A stretch of 64,000 nucleotides of DNA from Sandaracinaceae bacterium. GTDB taxonomy: Bacteria; Myxococcota_A; Polyangia; Polyangiales; Sandaracinaceae. The notes beneath the pieces were generated by a model. It did no database searches. It was not told the origin of the DNA and was given only the letters and a program-made list of their open reading frames with translations. The translations under genes and the position numbers were made by a program. The stretch lies in NCBI GenBank assembly GCA_044220955.1, contig JBGAQA010000020.1:1-64000 (forward strand), in the 5' to 3' direction. The stretch's first letter is position 1, and each line of letters starts with the position of its first letter. Of the stretch, positions 56,682 to 64,000 are shown one piece after another.

Positions 56682-57265
56682 TCGTCGAGCTCGCGCTGCT
56701 CGCGGCGGCCGGGAGCGCGCTGCTCGGTGTCGCGAGCGCCGTCCGTGCGCGCCGCTCGCGCACCGCCGCGAGCACGAGCGAGCTCGGCAAGGCGCTCGCG
56801 GCCGCGCGCGCGCTGGATCGGGGCCTCGTCAGCGGCGACGTCCTGATGATCCCGGGCGAGGAGCTCGCGCTCGGCGGCGCGCTCCACCTCCACGAGGGAG
56901 GCCCGGTGCTGCGAGCGTTCGCGCTGGTCGGCGGCGAGCGCGATCGATGGCTCGTGCAGCTGGACGAGGCCGGGCGCGACCTCGTGCTCGCCCGCGAGAC
57001 CGATCTCGTCGGGGACGGCCACGTCTCGTCCGAGCTCGCGGCGTTCGGGCGCGTGCTCACGCTGGAGCGGCGCGGCACGGCTCGCGTGTCGGCCACCGGC
57101 GAAGACGTACCGAGGGCCGACGGCGCGCTGGCCCCCTACGTCGTCCTCGGGGAGCGCGGCGGTCGCGCCGTGATCGTCCTGGACCTTCCGGGCCGCCGCG
57201 TCGCGCTCGCGGGGGAGCGGCTCGATCCGCGCGTCGTGGACCGCCTCGGCGGCGGCGCGCGCTGA
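56678..57265 (+). CDS. Hypothetical membrane-anchored protein
   Basis: GTG 56678 overlaps the thiE stop; N-terminal TM, then a beta-rich domain. Confidence 0.65.
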   Translation: MIVELALLAAAGSALLGVASAVRARRSRTAASTSELGKALAAARALDRGLVSGDVLMIPGEELALGGALHLHEGGPVLRAFALVGGERDRWLVQLDEAGRDLVLARETDLVGDGHVSSELAAFGRVLTLERRGTARVSATGEDVPRADGALAPYVVLGERGGRAVIVLDLPGRRVALAGERLDPRVVDRLGGGAR

Positions 57266-57311
57266 GCGGGCCTTGCCCGCCGGGCGGGGGTGCGTAGCTG
57301 ACGGGCAGATC

Positions 57312-57650
57312 ATGTCCACGAAGGCCGAACAGAAGCGGTATGCCGACGAGCGCAAGCACCCGAGCAAGCGGGACGCGAAGCCTGCACGCACCAGCCGGAG
57401 CGGCGAGCCCGGCGAGCACCCGAACGCGCACGCGGCCAAGAAGGCGGCCTACGCGCTCGAGGCACGCTCCGCCGACGGTCGGGCGTCGCGCGAGTCGACG
57501 CGCAAGAGCGCGAACCACCAGCGCAACGATCAGGGCAAGCTCACCCGCGAGGCCATCGCGGGGCGCTCACCGGAGAGCGTGCACGAGCGCGCCGCCGCGA
57601 AGGCACTGAAGACGACCGCCGCCCGCGTCCCGAAGAAGGGCCGGCGCTGA
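57312..57650 (+). CDS. Small Lys/Arg-rich hypothetical protein
   Basis: 112 aa, highly basic, with HAAKKAAYALE...SRESTRKSAN and typical codon bias. Confidence 0.7.
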   Translation: MSTKAEQKRYADERKHPSKRDAKPARTSRSGEPGEHPNAHAAKKAAYALEARSADGRASRESTRKSANHQRNDQGKLTREAIAGRSPESVHERAAAKALKTTAARVPKKGRR

Positions 57651-57690
57651 GCATCGATCGCGAGCGCCGGCCTCTCGGGCGGGGTCGGGA

Positions 57691-60636
57691 TCACTCCGTG
57701 ACGGTGACGGTCTCGTCGGCGCGCACGCGATAGGTGGTGTGCATGTAGGCGTCGAGATCGAGCAGGAACTGCTCCATCTGAGCCCCGTTCGGCGTGCTCT
57801 CGGGCGCGTCCGTGTAGAACGTGCCGCGCAGGCACTCGGAAGGCAGGCAGCGCCCGTCGGGGAAGACGAAGATCATCTTCGGCACGCGGCGCGCCTCCGG
57901 GATCGACGGCATGATCATGTAGTTCCACATGATGTTGCCGATCGCCTGCAGATCCATCGGCGCCATGCCGTAGCCGTGCAGGAAGTACACGATCGGGTAG
58001 CGCACGCCGGCGTTCTCGGGGTCGTGGTAGCCGGGCGGCAGCACGATCGTGACCTGGCCGGTGCGGCCGGTGGTCGGCGCGGTGAAGTCCTGCGTGAGCG
58101 TGTTGATGTGCGGACACGCGGGGCCGAGCGCCGTGCACACGCGATCGTTGACGATCGCGCGGTCCACGTTGGGCCATCGCGCGCTCATCATGCCGACGGA
58201 CGAGAAGAAGCGGTGCAGCAGCTGATTGGGCGTGCCGACGTGGCCACCGTCGCCTGCGATCAGCTCGTCCTCTGCCGCGTCGATCGAGCCGTAGCGCACC
58301 AGCGTGTAGCGCCCCGTCTCCTCCCAGGGGACCTCGTTGAACGCGAAGCTGGCCTCGCACGTCGAGCCGTTCCAGCTGCACAGCTCCTCCGCGTTGCACG
58401 TCGCCATCGACGCGAGCGCCGCGCACGTGCCCACGCGCCCGTCGAGGTGGAGCCCGGCGTGGTGGTTGTAGTAGCGCACCGGGATGTCGCGCGCCGCGAA
58501 GCCGCCCAGCGTGTGGTGCCCCTGCACGACCCAGTTGAAGAGGTCGCGGACGCCACCGTCGGCGAAGAAGTCGAGCTGGTCGAGCGTCGCGAGCGGATAG
58601 CCCGGGTGCACCACGTCGCCGTTGCCGCGGTAGCCGCGGGTCAGGCCGCGCGGGCTCGTCCCGATCATGCGGTCGGCGCCCATCGCCATGTCGAAGTGGC
58701 CGTTGCCCTCGCCGTGGTCGAACCCGCCCGCGCCGACCTGCGGCGTGCCGGCGATGCCGTCGAGCCCGACGTCGTCGTAGCTCTCCGAGCTGCCGCCGCC
58801 GCAGTCGTCGCGCTCCCAGTTCCCCTCGGTCCCGTTCGGGTTGTACTGGAAGTCGTAGTCGTCGCCGGCCGGGTCGCGGTTCGTCACGCCGTCGTAGCCG
58901 GCCTCTGCGCTCGAGGGCACGCCGTCGCATCCGGTGTCCTCGAAGGGCTCGTGGCCGTTGCGGATGACCGGCTCGCCGGGGTCGCGCACGCCGTTGCCGT
59001 TCACGTCGACCGCGAGCGCGACCTCCATCGGGACGCGCTGGGTCCCCGTGGGGTCCCAGTTGCCGGTGTCGCTCTGGCAGCGGGTCGAGCTCGCCGTGCA
59101 GTGTCCGAGCGTGTCCGGGTCGAAGTCGCGTCGCTCGGCGCCGTCGCAGAACGGGATGACGTCGTAGTGCCCGTCGGGGTTGTACTCGTCGTCGAAGAAC
59201 CCCGTCGCGTTGTCGGCGTCGCCGCCCGCGGGCTCGCCGTGGATCGTGAGCGGCGCGAGGTTCGCGGCCATGCAGCGCGCGTCGTCGCTCATCATGCGCG
59301 TCGAGTCGGGGATGCCGGGCGGCGTGAGATCGGGGAAGGTCGGATCGTCGCTCGTGTCGGTGTTGGCGTTACCGAACATCGCCGTGAGATCCCGGAAGAT
59401 CGAGATGTAGTCCTCGCGGTTGAAGTGCCCGCCCTGGCCGTCGTAGCCGTCCTCGTACCACCAGTTCTCGAAGTGCTGGGTGTGCTCGTAGAGCTCGCCC
59501 CGGTCCGGCGCGTGCGCGAGCGAGGCGCCGGCGGCGCACCCCGTGGGATCCGTGGCGCGCTCGGCCTCCGTGCAGAACCCGCCGATGTGGTAGCGGTGGA
59601 TGTACTCGAGCAGGTAGATCCAGTCGGTCGGTCCGCCGAGCGGCGCGACGAAGTCGAACATCTCCGGGTGGCCCATGCCGATGCGCCCCGAGCCGCTGCC
59701 GCCCATCGAGAAGCCCATGATGCCGCGGTAGTGGAAGGTGCGGCTGACGGTGCGGGGCACGTCGCTGCGCACGACGGCCTGGTAGGTGCCCAGGCGCGGT
59801 GCCTGGAAGCGGAACATGCCTCCGCCGGCGCTCCCTTCGAAGACGGGCGTCGCGATACCGACGACGCGCGGCGCCGAGATGCCGGGCCCGGTGTACGACA
59901 CCTCCACGTGCCCGCGGTGCGCGTCGGAGGGCAGGAGCGAGAGCGAGATCGGGATCGCGAAGTCGATCTCCCGGCGGAAGCGCGAGGCCGTCGCGCTCTG
60001 GAACGACACGGCCGGGCCGAGCGCGACGTAGCCGGACGGCAGCTGGTCGGCCGCGCACGCCACGCTCACGGCGAAAGGGTCGACGTGGTAGATGCCGTCG
60101 CGCGAGGCGCCGCTCACCATGCTCACGCCGGAGCCCGCGAGCGTCGTGCCGCTGGCGACGGCGACGGGCGCGCCGCCCGCCGTGACCATTCCGCTGGCGG
60201 TGCCGGCGCACGCGGGGAGCGTCGGCGAGGTCACGACGACCTCGATGTCCGCCGTGCACGGCGAGGCCCCCGGGCTCTCGGCGTGCAGCGTCACGGTGCC
60301 GACGGCGGTGCCGGTCACCCGCACCAGCACGCGCGAGCGACCCGCGGGGATCGTCACGCTCGATGGCACGTCGATGATGCCCGGCATGCTCGTGGTGAGG
60401 TTCACCGGGAAGTCGAAGGGCGCGTCCGCGCGGGAGTCGAGGTAGGTGTGGCGCGCGCTCGTCGGGACGACGCCGATCGTCGTGTGCGTGAACGAGAGCG
60501 AGTTGATGAGGTCGCGACAGCTCGAGGCTCCGGCATCCACGCCGGTGCCTGCGTCGCCGGCGGGGGGCGGCGGGTTGTTGCAGGACGGCAGGAGGAAGTG
60601 AGCGAGCGCGACGACGACCACACTGCGGATGCGCAT
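57691..60636 (-). CDS. Large lipoprotein: Ig-like and ZU5-like domains plus a circularly permuted esterase (alpha/beta-hydrolase)
   Basis: Lipobox LPSC from ATG 60636. GFSMGG, ADGGVRD and GDGGH come before the C-terminal VLPPGY...YPIVYFLHG...MIFVFPDG. Confidence 0.85.
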   Translation of the reverse strand: MRIRSVVVVALAHFLLPSCNNPPPPAGDAGTGVDAGASSCRDLINSLSFTHTTIGVVPTSARHTYLDSRADAPFDFPVNLTTSMPGIIDVPSSVTIPAGRSRVLVRVTGTAVGTVTLHAESPGASPCTADIEVVVTSPTLPACAGTASGMVTAGGAPVAVASGTTLAGSGVSMVSGASRDGIYHVDPFAVSVACAADQLPSGYVALGPAVSFQSATASRFRREIDFAIPISLSLLPSDAHRGHVEVSYTGPGISAPRVVGIATPVFEGSAGGGMFRFQAPRLGTYQAVVRSDVPRTVSRTFHYRGIMGFSMGGSGSGRIGMGHPEMFDFVAPLGGPTDWIYLLEYIHRYHIGGFCTEAERATDPTGCAAGASLAHAPDRGELYEHTQHFENWWYEDGYDGQGGHFNREDYISIFRDLTAMFGNANTDTSDDPTFPDLTPPGIPDSTRMMSDDARCMAANLAPLTIHGEPAGGDADNATGFFDDEYNPDGHYDVIPFCDGAERRDFDPDTLGHCTASSTRCQSDTGNWDPTGTQRVPMEVALAVDVNGNGVRDPGEPVIRNGHEPFEDTGCDGVPSSAEAGYDGVTNRDPAGDDYDFQYNPNGTEGNWERDDCGGGSSESYDDVGLDGIAGTPQVGAGGFDHGEGNGHFDMAMGADRMIGTSPRGLTRGYRGNGDVVHPGYPLATLDQLDFFADGGVRDLFNWVVQGHHTLGGFAARDIPVRYYNHHAGLHLDGRVGTCAALASMATCNAEELCSWNGSTCEASFAFNEVPWEETGRYTLVRYGSIDAAEDELIAGDGGHVGTPNQLLHRFFSSVGMMSARWPNVDRAIVNDRVCTALGPACPHINTLTQDFTAPTTGRTGQVTIVLPPGYHDPENAGVRYPIVYFLHGYGMAPMDLQAIGNIMWNYMIMPSIPEARRVPKMIFVFPDGRCLPSECLRGTFYTDAPESTPNGAQMEQFLLDLDAYMHTTYRVRADETVTVTE

Positions 60637-60722
60637 ATGCGTGCAGCATACGCGCCCCGGGCCGCGCGCTGGAAGGACGGCGGCGCGCGCTCGCGCAGGA
60701 GCGTGCGCGATCGCAGCCCCTT

Positions 60723-61658
60723 CTACATGCCAAGCGCCTTCTTGGCCTTGGCCTTCAGATCGTCGACCTTGAACGGCTTCGTCACGTAGATGCGCGCGCC
60801 CGCGTTCACGCCGTCGATCACGTCCTTGGGACCCTGCTTGGCCGTGAGCATGATGATGGGCACCCGCGACGTCCGGGCGTCCGCCTTGAGGCGCCGCGCG
60901 AGCTCGAGTCCGTCGACGTGGGGCATCATGACGTCGGTGATCACGAGCCGCGGGAGGGGATCCTTCGTGGCGATCTCGAGCGCCTCGCGGCCGTCCCGCG
61001 CCTCGCGCACGTCCCCGAGCTCCTGGAAGATGCGGACGAGCATCTTGCGCAGGGTGTCGTCGTCCTCGACCACGAGGATCGGGATGCGCGGCGCGGCGGG
61101 CTTCTCGGGCTCCGGAGGCTTCTCGGCGGGCTTCGGTGGCGTCGGCGGCGCCCCCGGTGCGCGGGCGTGCGGCACCACGGTGGGCGGGCGCAACTGCTCC
61201 ATCAGCCGGAGGGCCGCCGCCATCTGGTTCGCGCTCGGTGCGCGCGGGCGGCCGCCCGGGCTGACCGGCGCCGTGGCCGGCGTGCGGGGCGGCGCTGGCG
61301 GGGGCGGCCCCGGGCCCCTCTTCGGCGTCGGCCTCGACGACGGACGCGCGATGCCGCGGATCTCGTAGAGCGAGCGGTCGTAGTCGAGCTTGCGCCCCGG
61401 ATCGCGCAGAGCCTCGTAGGCCTCGGTGGCGCGGGCGAAGATCGCCTCCATCCGCTTGCGGTGCACACCCGAATCGCGCGCATGCCAGCGGTCGGGATGG
61501 AAGCGCTTGATGACCCGCAGGTACGCCGCCTTGATCTCGTCCGGGCTCGAGGCCTCGCTGATGCCCAGCAGCGCGTAGTGATCGAGCAGGGTCAGCTGCG
61601 GCGCGAGCCGATCGATGTCCGCCAGCAGATCGTCGGGGAGGGGGGGCTTGTCCGTCAC
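60723..61658 (-). CDS. J-domain (DnaJ) / response regulator receiver fusion
   Basis: DHYALLG...FHPD...AYEAL.D...YD, a Pro-rich linker, then REC (VVEDDD, TDVMMPHVDG, KPF). Confidence 0.92.
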   Translation of the reverse strand: MTDKPPLPDDLLADIDRLAPQLTLLDHYALLGISEASSPDEIKAAYLRVIKRFHPDRWHARDSGVHRKRMEAIFARATEAYEALRDPGRKLDYDRSLYEIRGIARPSSRPTPKRGPGPPPPAPPRTPATAPVSPGGRPRAPSANQMAAALRLMEQLRPPTVVPHARAPGAPPTPPKPAEKPPEPEKPAAPRIPILVVEDDDTLRKMLVRIFQELGDVREARDGREALEIATKDPLPRLVITDVMMPHVDGLELARRLKADARTSRVPIIMLTAKQGPKDVIDGVNAGARIYVTKPFKVDDLKAKAKKALGM

Positions 61659-62557
61659 GGCTGCGGTCTCGGCCCCGACAGCATACGCACCACGACGCTC
61701 GCGGCGACAAGCCCGAACGTGCCGGTGACGAAGCTCATCGAGCCGTCGATCCGCGCGCGGCGATCACAGGTCTGCTGGCCGTTGTCCTTGTTGGGGCAGA
61801 CGCAGACGAATCCTTCCCCCCCGTCGTAGGTGAGCGGGGAGGGATCGATCGGAGGCTCGAAGCTCGAGACCGCGGTGATTCCGGTGGGCCTGTTCCGCTC
61901 GATGGTGAACCCGTGCTTCTTGCGGAGGATGTTCCGCACGTCCCGGGCGAAGGGGCAGACCTCCGTGTCGGCCAGGTCCGTGGCGCGGACGCGCGTCGGG
62001 TCGAGGCGCGCGGCGGCGCCCATGCACGAGACGACCGGGATCCCGCGCGCGACGCAGGTCGCGAGCAGGTGCGCCTTGGCCGTGAGGTTGTCGATCGCGT
62101 CCACGACGAAGTCGACCTGGCCGGAGAGCAGCGCCTCGCTCGTGTCGGCGGCGTAGAACTTCGGCACCGCCTCGATCGTGGCCGTGGGCGAGACCAGCCG
62201 CAGGCGCTCGGCCATCACCTCCGCCTTGCTCTTGCCGATGTTGCCCTTCAGCGCGTGCAGCTGGCGGTTGGAGTTGGTCACACAGACGTCGTCGAAGTCG
62301 ACGAGCGAGAGCGATCCCACGCCCGAGCGCGCCAGCGACTCGGCCGCGAACGAGCCGACGCCGCCCATCCCGAAGATCACGACGCGGCTGGCCATGAGCG
62401 CGTGGAGCGCCGGCTCGCCGATCAGCCGCGCCGCGCGGTCGACGCGGCGGTGCGTCTTGTAGCCCGGCGGGAGCGCCGGGCGCGGCCCGGCCGTTGAATT
62501 CCGCTCGGCCGCTTCCGTGGCCGGGGCGGGCTCGTCACGCAACATCGGGAGCGGCAT
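61655..62557 (-). CDS. tcdA: tRNA threonylcarbamoyladenosine dehydratase (ThiF family)
   Basis: GMGGVGS, DFDDVCVTNSNRQLHA, VDAID, MGAAARLDP, VTGTFG. Confidence 0.9.
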   Translation of the reverse strand: MPLPMLRDEPAPATEAAERNSTAGPRPALPPGYKTHRRVDRAARLIGEPALHALMASRVVIFGMGGVGSFAAESLARSGVGSLSLVDFDDVCVTNSNRQLHALKGNIGKSKAEVMAERLRLVSPTATIEAVPKFYAADTSEALLSGQVDFVVDAIDNLTAKAHLLATCVARGIPVVSCMGAAARLDPTRVRATDLADTEVCPFARDVRNILRKKHGFTIERNRPTGITAVSSFEPPIDPSPLTYDGGEGFVCVCPNKDNGQQTCDRRARIDGSMSFVTGTFGLVAASVVVRMLSGPRPQP

Positions 62558-62592
62558 CGGAAGGAGGTATAGCAGTACCGAGGTCCGGTGCG

Positions 62593-62612
62593 ATGTGCTA
62601 CGAGTAGCACAT
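62593..62612 (+). promoter_or_regulatory. Putative toxin-antitoxin operator, perfect inverted repeat
   Basis: ATGTGCTAC-GA-GTAGCACAT, overlapping the antitoxin ATG. Confidence 0.8.
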
Positions 62613-62886
62613 GGACTCGGTGGGTGTCCGAGAGCTGCGTCAGCGTGCCAGTGAGCTCATTCGTCGCGTGGAAGCGGGCGAGACGCTCGAGGTGACCGAT
62701 CGTGGTCGCCCGGTCGCGCTGCTCGCGCCGATCGCTCGCGGCTCGCTGCTGGCGCAGTGGAGAGCCACGGGCGAGACGACGGGCAAGAGCAAGGGTCTCG
62801 CGGGGCTGCCGCCACCGCTCGTGTTGCCACGTGGGCACGAGCTCCCGTCGCGCAGGCTGGCGCGGCTTCGCGAGCACGAGCGCTGA
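62611..62886 (+). CDS. vapB: Phd/YefM-family antitoxin (VapB)
   Basis: VGVRELRQRASELIRRVEAGETLEVTDRGRPVALLAP. Confidence 0.93.
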   Translation: MDSVGVRELRQRASELIRRVEAGETLEVTDRGRPVALLAPIARGSLLAQWRATGETTGKSKGLAGLPPPLVLPRGHELPSRRLARLREHER

Positions 62887-62893
62887 CGTGTCG

Positions 62894-63277
62894 ATGATCT
62901 ACCTCGACTCCTCGGCGATCGTGAAGCTCGCGGTCGAGGAGCCGGAGTCTGCCGCGCTACGCAGGGCGCTTCGTGGACGAACGGAGCTCGTCTCGAGCGC
63001 GCTCGCGCGCACGGAGGTGGCGCGGACGTTGCTGGCGGACGGACAGGACGTGGTGAACCGAGGCGAGGCCGTCCTCGAACGAATCGAGCTCGCTCGCGTC
63101 AACGATCGCGTGCTTCGCCTCGCCGGACAGCTGACGCCTCATGGCCTGCGCTCGCTCGACGCGATCCATCTCGCGACGGCGAAGCTGCTCGAGCGCGTGA
63201 AGCTCGTCGTGACGTACGACGCTCGGATGGCCGAGGCGGCGCGCGCGATGAAGTGGAAGGTCAGCGCTCCGAGCTGA
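62894..63277 (+). CDS. vapC: PIN-domain toxin (VapC)
   Basis: IYLDSSAIVK, EV, RSLDAIHLATA, VTYDARM. Confidence 0.93.
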   Translation: MIYLDSSAIVKLAVEEPESAALRRALRGRTELVSSALARTEVARTLLADGQDVVNRGEAVLERIELARVNDRVLRLAGQLTPHGLRSLDAIHLATAKLLERVKLVVTYDARMAEAARAMKWKVSAPS

Positions 63278-63322
63278 CGTGACGCCGCGTCAGCCTTCCG
63301 CACTCGCATCAGTGCGTGGCGA

Positions 63323-64000
63323 TCAGTGCGCGCCCTTCTTCGGGCGCAGCCGCTTGCCCGCCTCGACGTGCTCGTTCCACGTCGCCGGGGCGAAGCCGTT
63401 GTCCACGGGCGTCATCGTGATGCAGCCCGAGACGGGGCACACGATCTGGCAGAGGTTGCAGCCGACGCACTCGCTCTCGTCGACGAAGGGGACGTGCGAG
63501 CCCTCGGTCTTGCTGGGGTAGACGCACTGGTGCGCGCCGTCCTGACAAGCCACCACGCAGAGCTGGCAGCCGATGCACTTCTTCGCGTCGATCTTCGCGA
63601 CCGTCTCGTAGTTGAGGTCGAGGTTGCCCCACTCGCTGAACGAGGGGACGGCCTTGCCGATCATGTCGTCGAGCTTCGCGAAGCCGTGGGTGCGCATGTA
63701 CTCCTCGAGCCCGTCGATCATGTCCTCGACGACGCGGAAGCCGCGCAGCATCACCTCGGTGCAGACCTGCACGTTGCTGGCGCCGAGCAGCATGAACTCG
63801 ACCGCGTCCCTCCAGTTGCTGACGCCGCCGATGGCCGAGATCGGCAGCGTGAAGTCCTCGCTCCGCGCCAGCGCACCGACCATGTGCATCGCGATGGGCT
63901 TCACCGCCGGCCCGCAGTAGCCGCCGTTGGTGCTCTTGCCGTTGACGACCGGCTTGAGCGTGAAGGCGTCGATGTCCACGCCGATGATGCTCTTGATGGT
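63323..64000 (-). CDS. preA: NAD-dependent dihydropyrimidine dehydrogenase subunit PreA, 5' truncated by the window edge
   Basis: GGYCGPAVKPIA, SAIGGVSNWRDAVEF, VQVCT, and two ferredoxin motifs (CIGCQLC, CVGCNLC). Confidence 0.93.
   Translation of the reverse strand, partial: TIKSIIGVDIDAFTLKPVVNGKSTNGGYCGPAVKPIAMHMVGALARSEDFTLPISAIGGVSNWRDAVEFMLLGASNVQVCTEVMLRGFRVVEDMIDGLEEYMRTHGFAKLDDMIGKAVPSFSEWGNLDLNYETVAKIDAKKCIGCQLCVVACQDGAHQCVYPSKTEGSHVPFVDESECVGCNLCQIVCPVSGCITMTPVDNGFAPATWNEHVEAGKRLRPKKGAH

Noticed and set aside
57691..61710. 1339-aa ORF as annotated in the track
   Set aside because: The first 358 aa overlap the J-domain/REC gene out of frame; the real start is ATG 60636 with a lipoprotein signal.

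Overview
Very GC-rich, gene-dense bacterial chromosomal segment. It is most likely from a myxobacterium (Polyangiales/Sandaracinaceae-like), an inference from the Cys-rich repeat lipoprotein, DUF4388, J-domain/receiver fusion, TPR proteins and many lipoproteins. About 60 real CDSs lie under many GC-driven shadow ORFs, and many starts had to be reassigned from the ORF track. I saw no rRNA, tRNA, CRISPR array or transposase. Main blocks: (1) 1-14.4 kb, an unexplained radical-SAM/glycosyltransferase/acyltransferase/PaaK-like ligase cluster in which two proteins carry catalytically degenerate radical-SAM domains. (2) 14.4-24.5 kb, housekeeping genes, an orphan DNA methyltransferase and an orphan flavin-dependent halogenase-like gene. 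(3) 24.6-33.2 kb, a sulfation/desulfation module: three sulfotransferases, an ABC exporter and a lipoprotein FGE, convergent on a secreted Cys-type sulfatase. (4) 34.8-40.4 kb, a sigma54-type promoter driving Tad pseudopilin-like genes, followed by a Cys-rich repeat lipoprotein. (5) tatBC, a Spy/Cpx-like two-component locus, a pseudo-Fic plus Imm5-like pair, and a DUF4388-Omp85-DUF4390-NtrY-TlpA operon. (6) thiE, a large lipoprotein with a circularly permuted esterase domain, J-domain-REC, tcdA, vapBC with a perfect operator palindrome, and a partial preA. Many genes have a TANNNT hexamer 5-9 nt before the start codon, suggesting frequent leaderless transcription. All family calls come from motif recognition by eye, not database searches.
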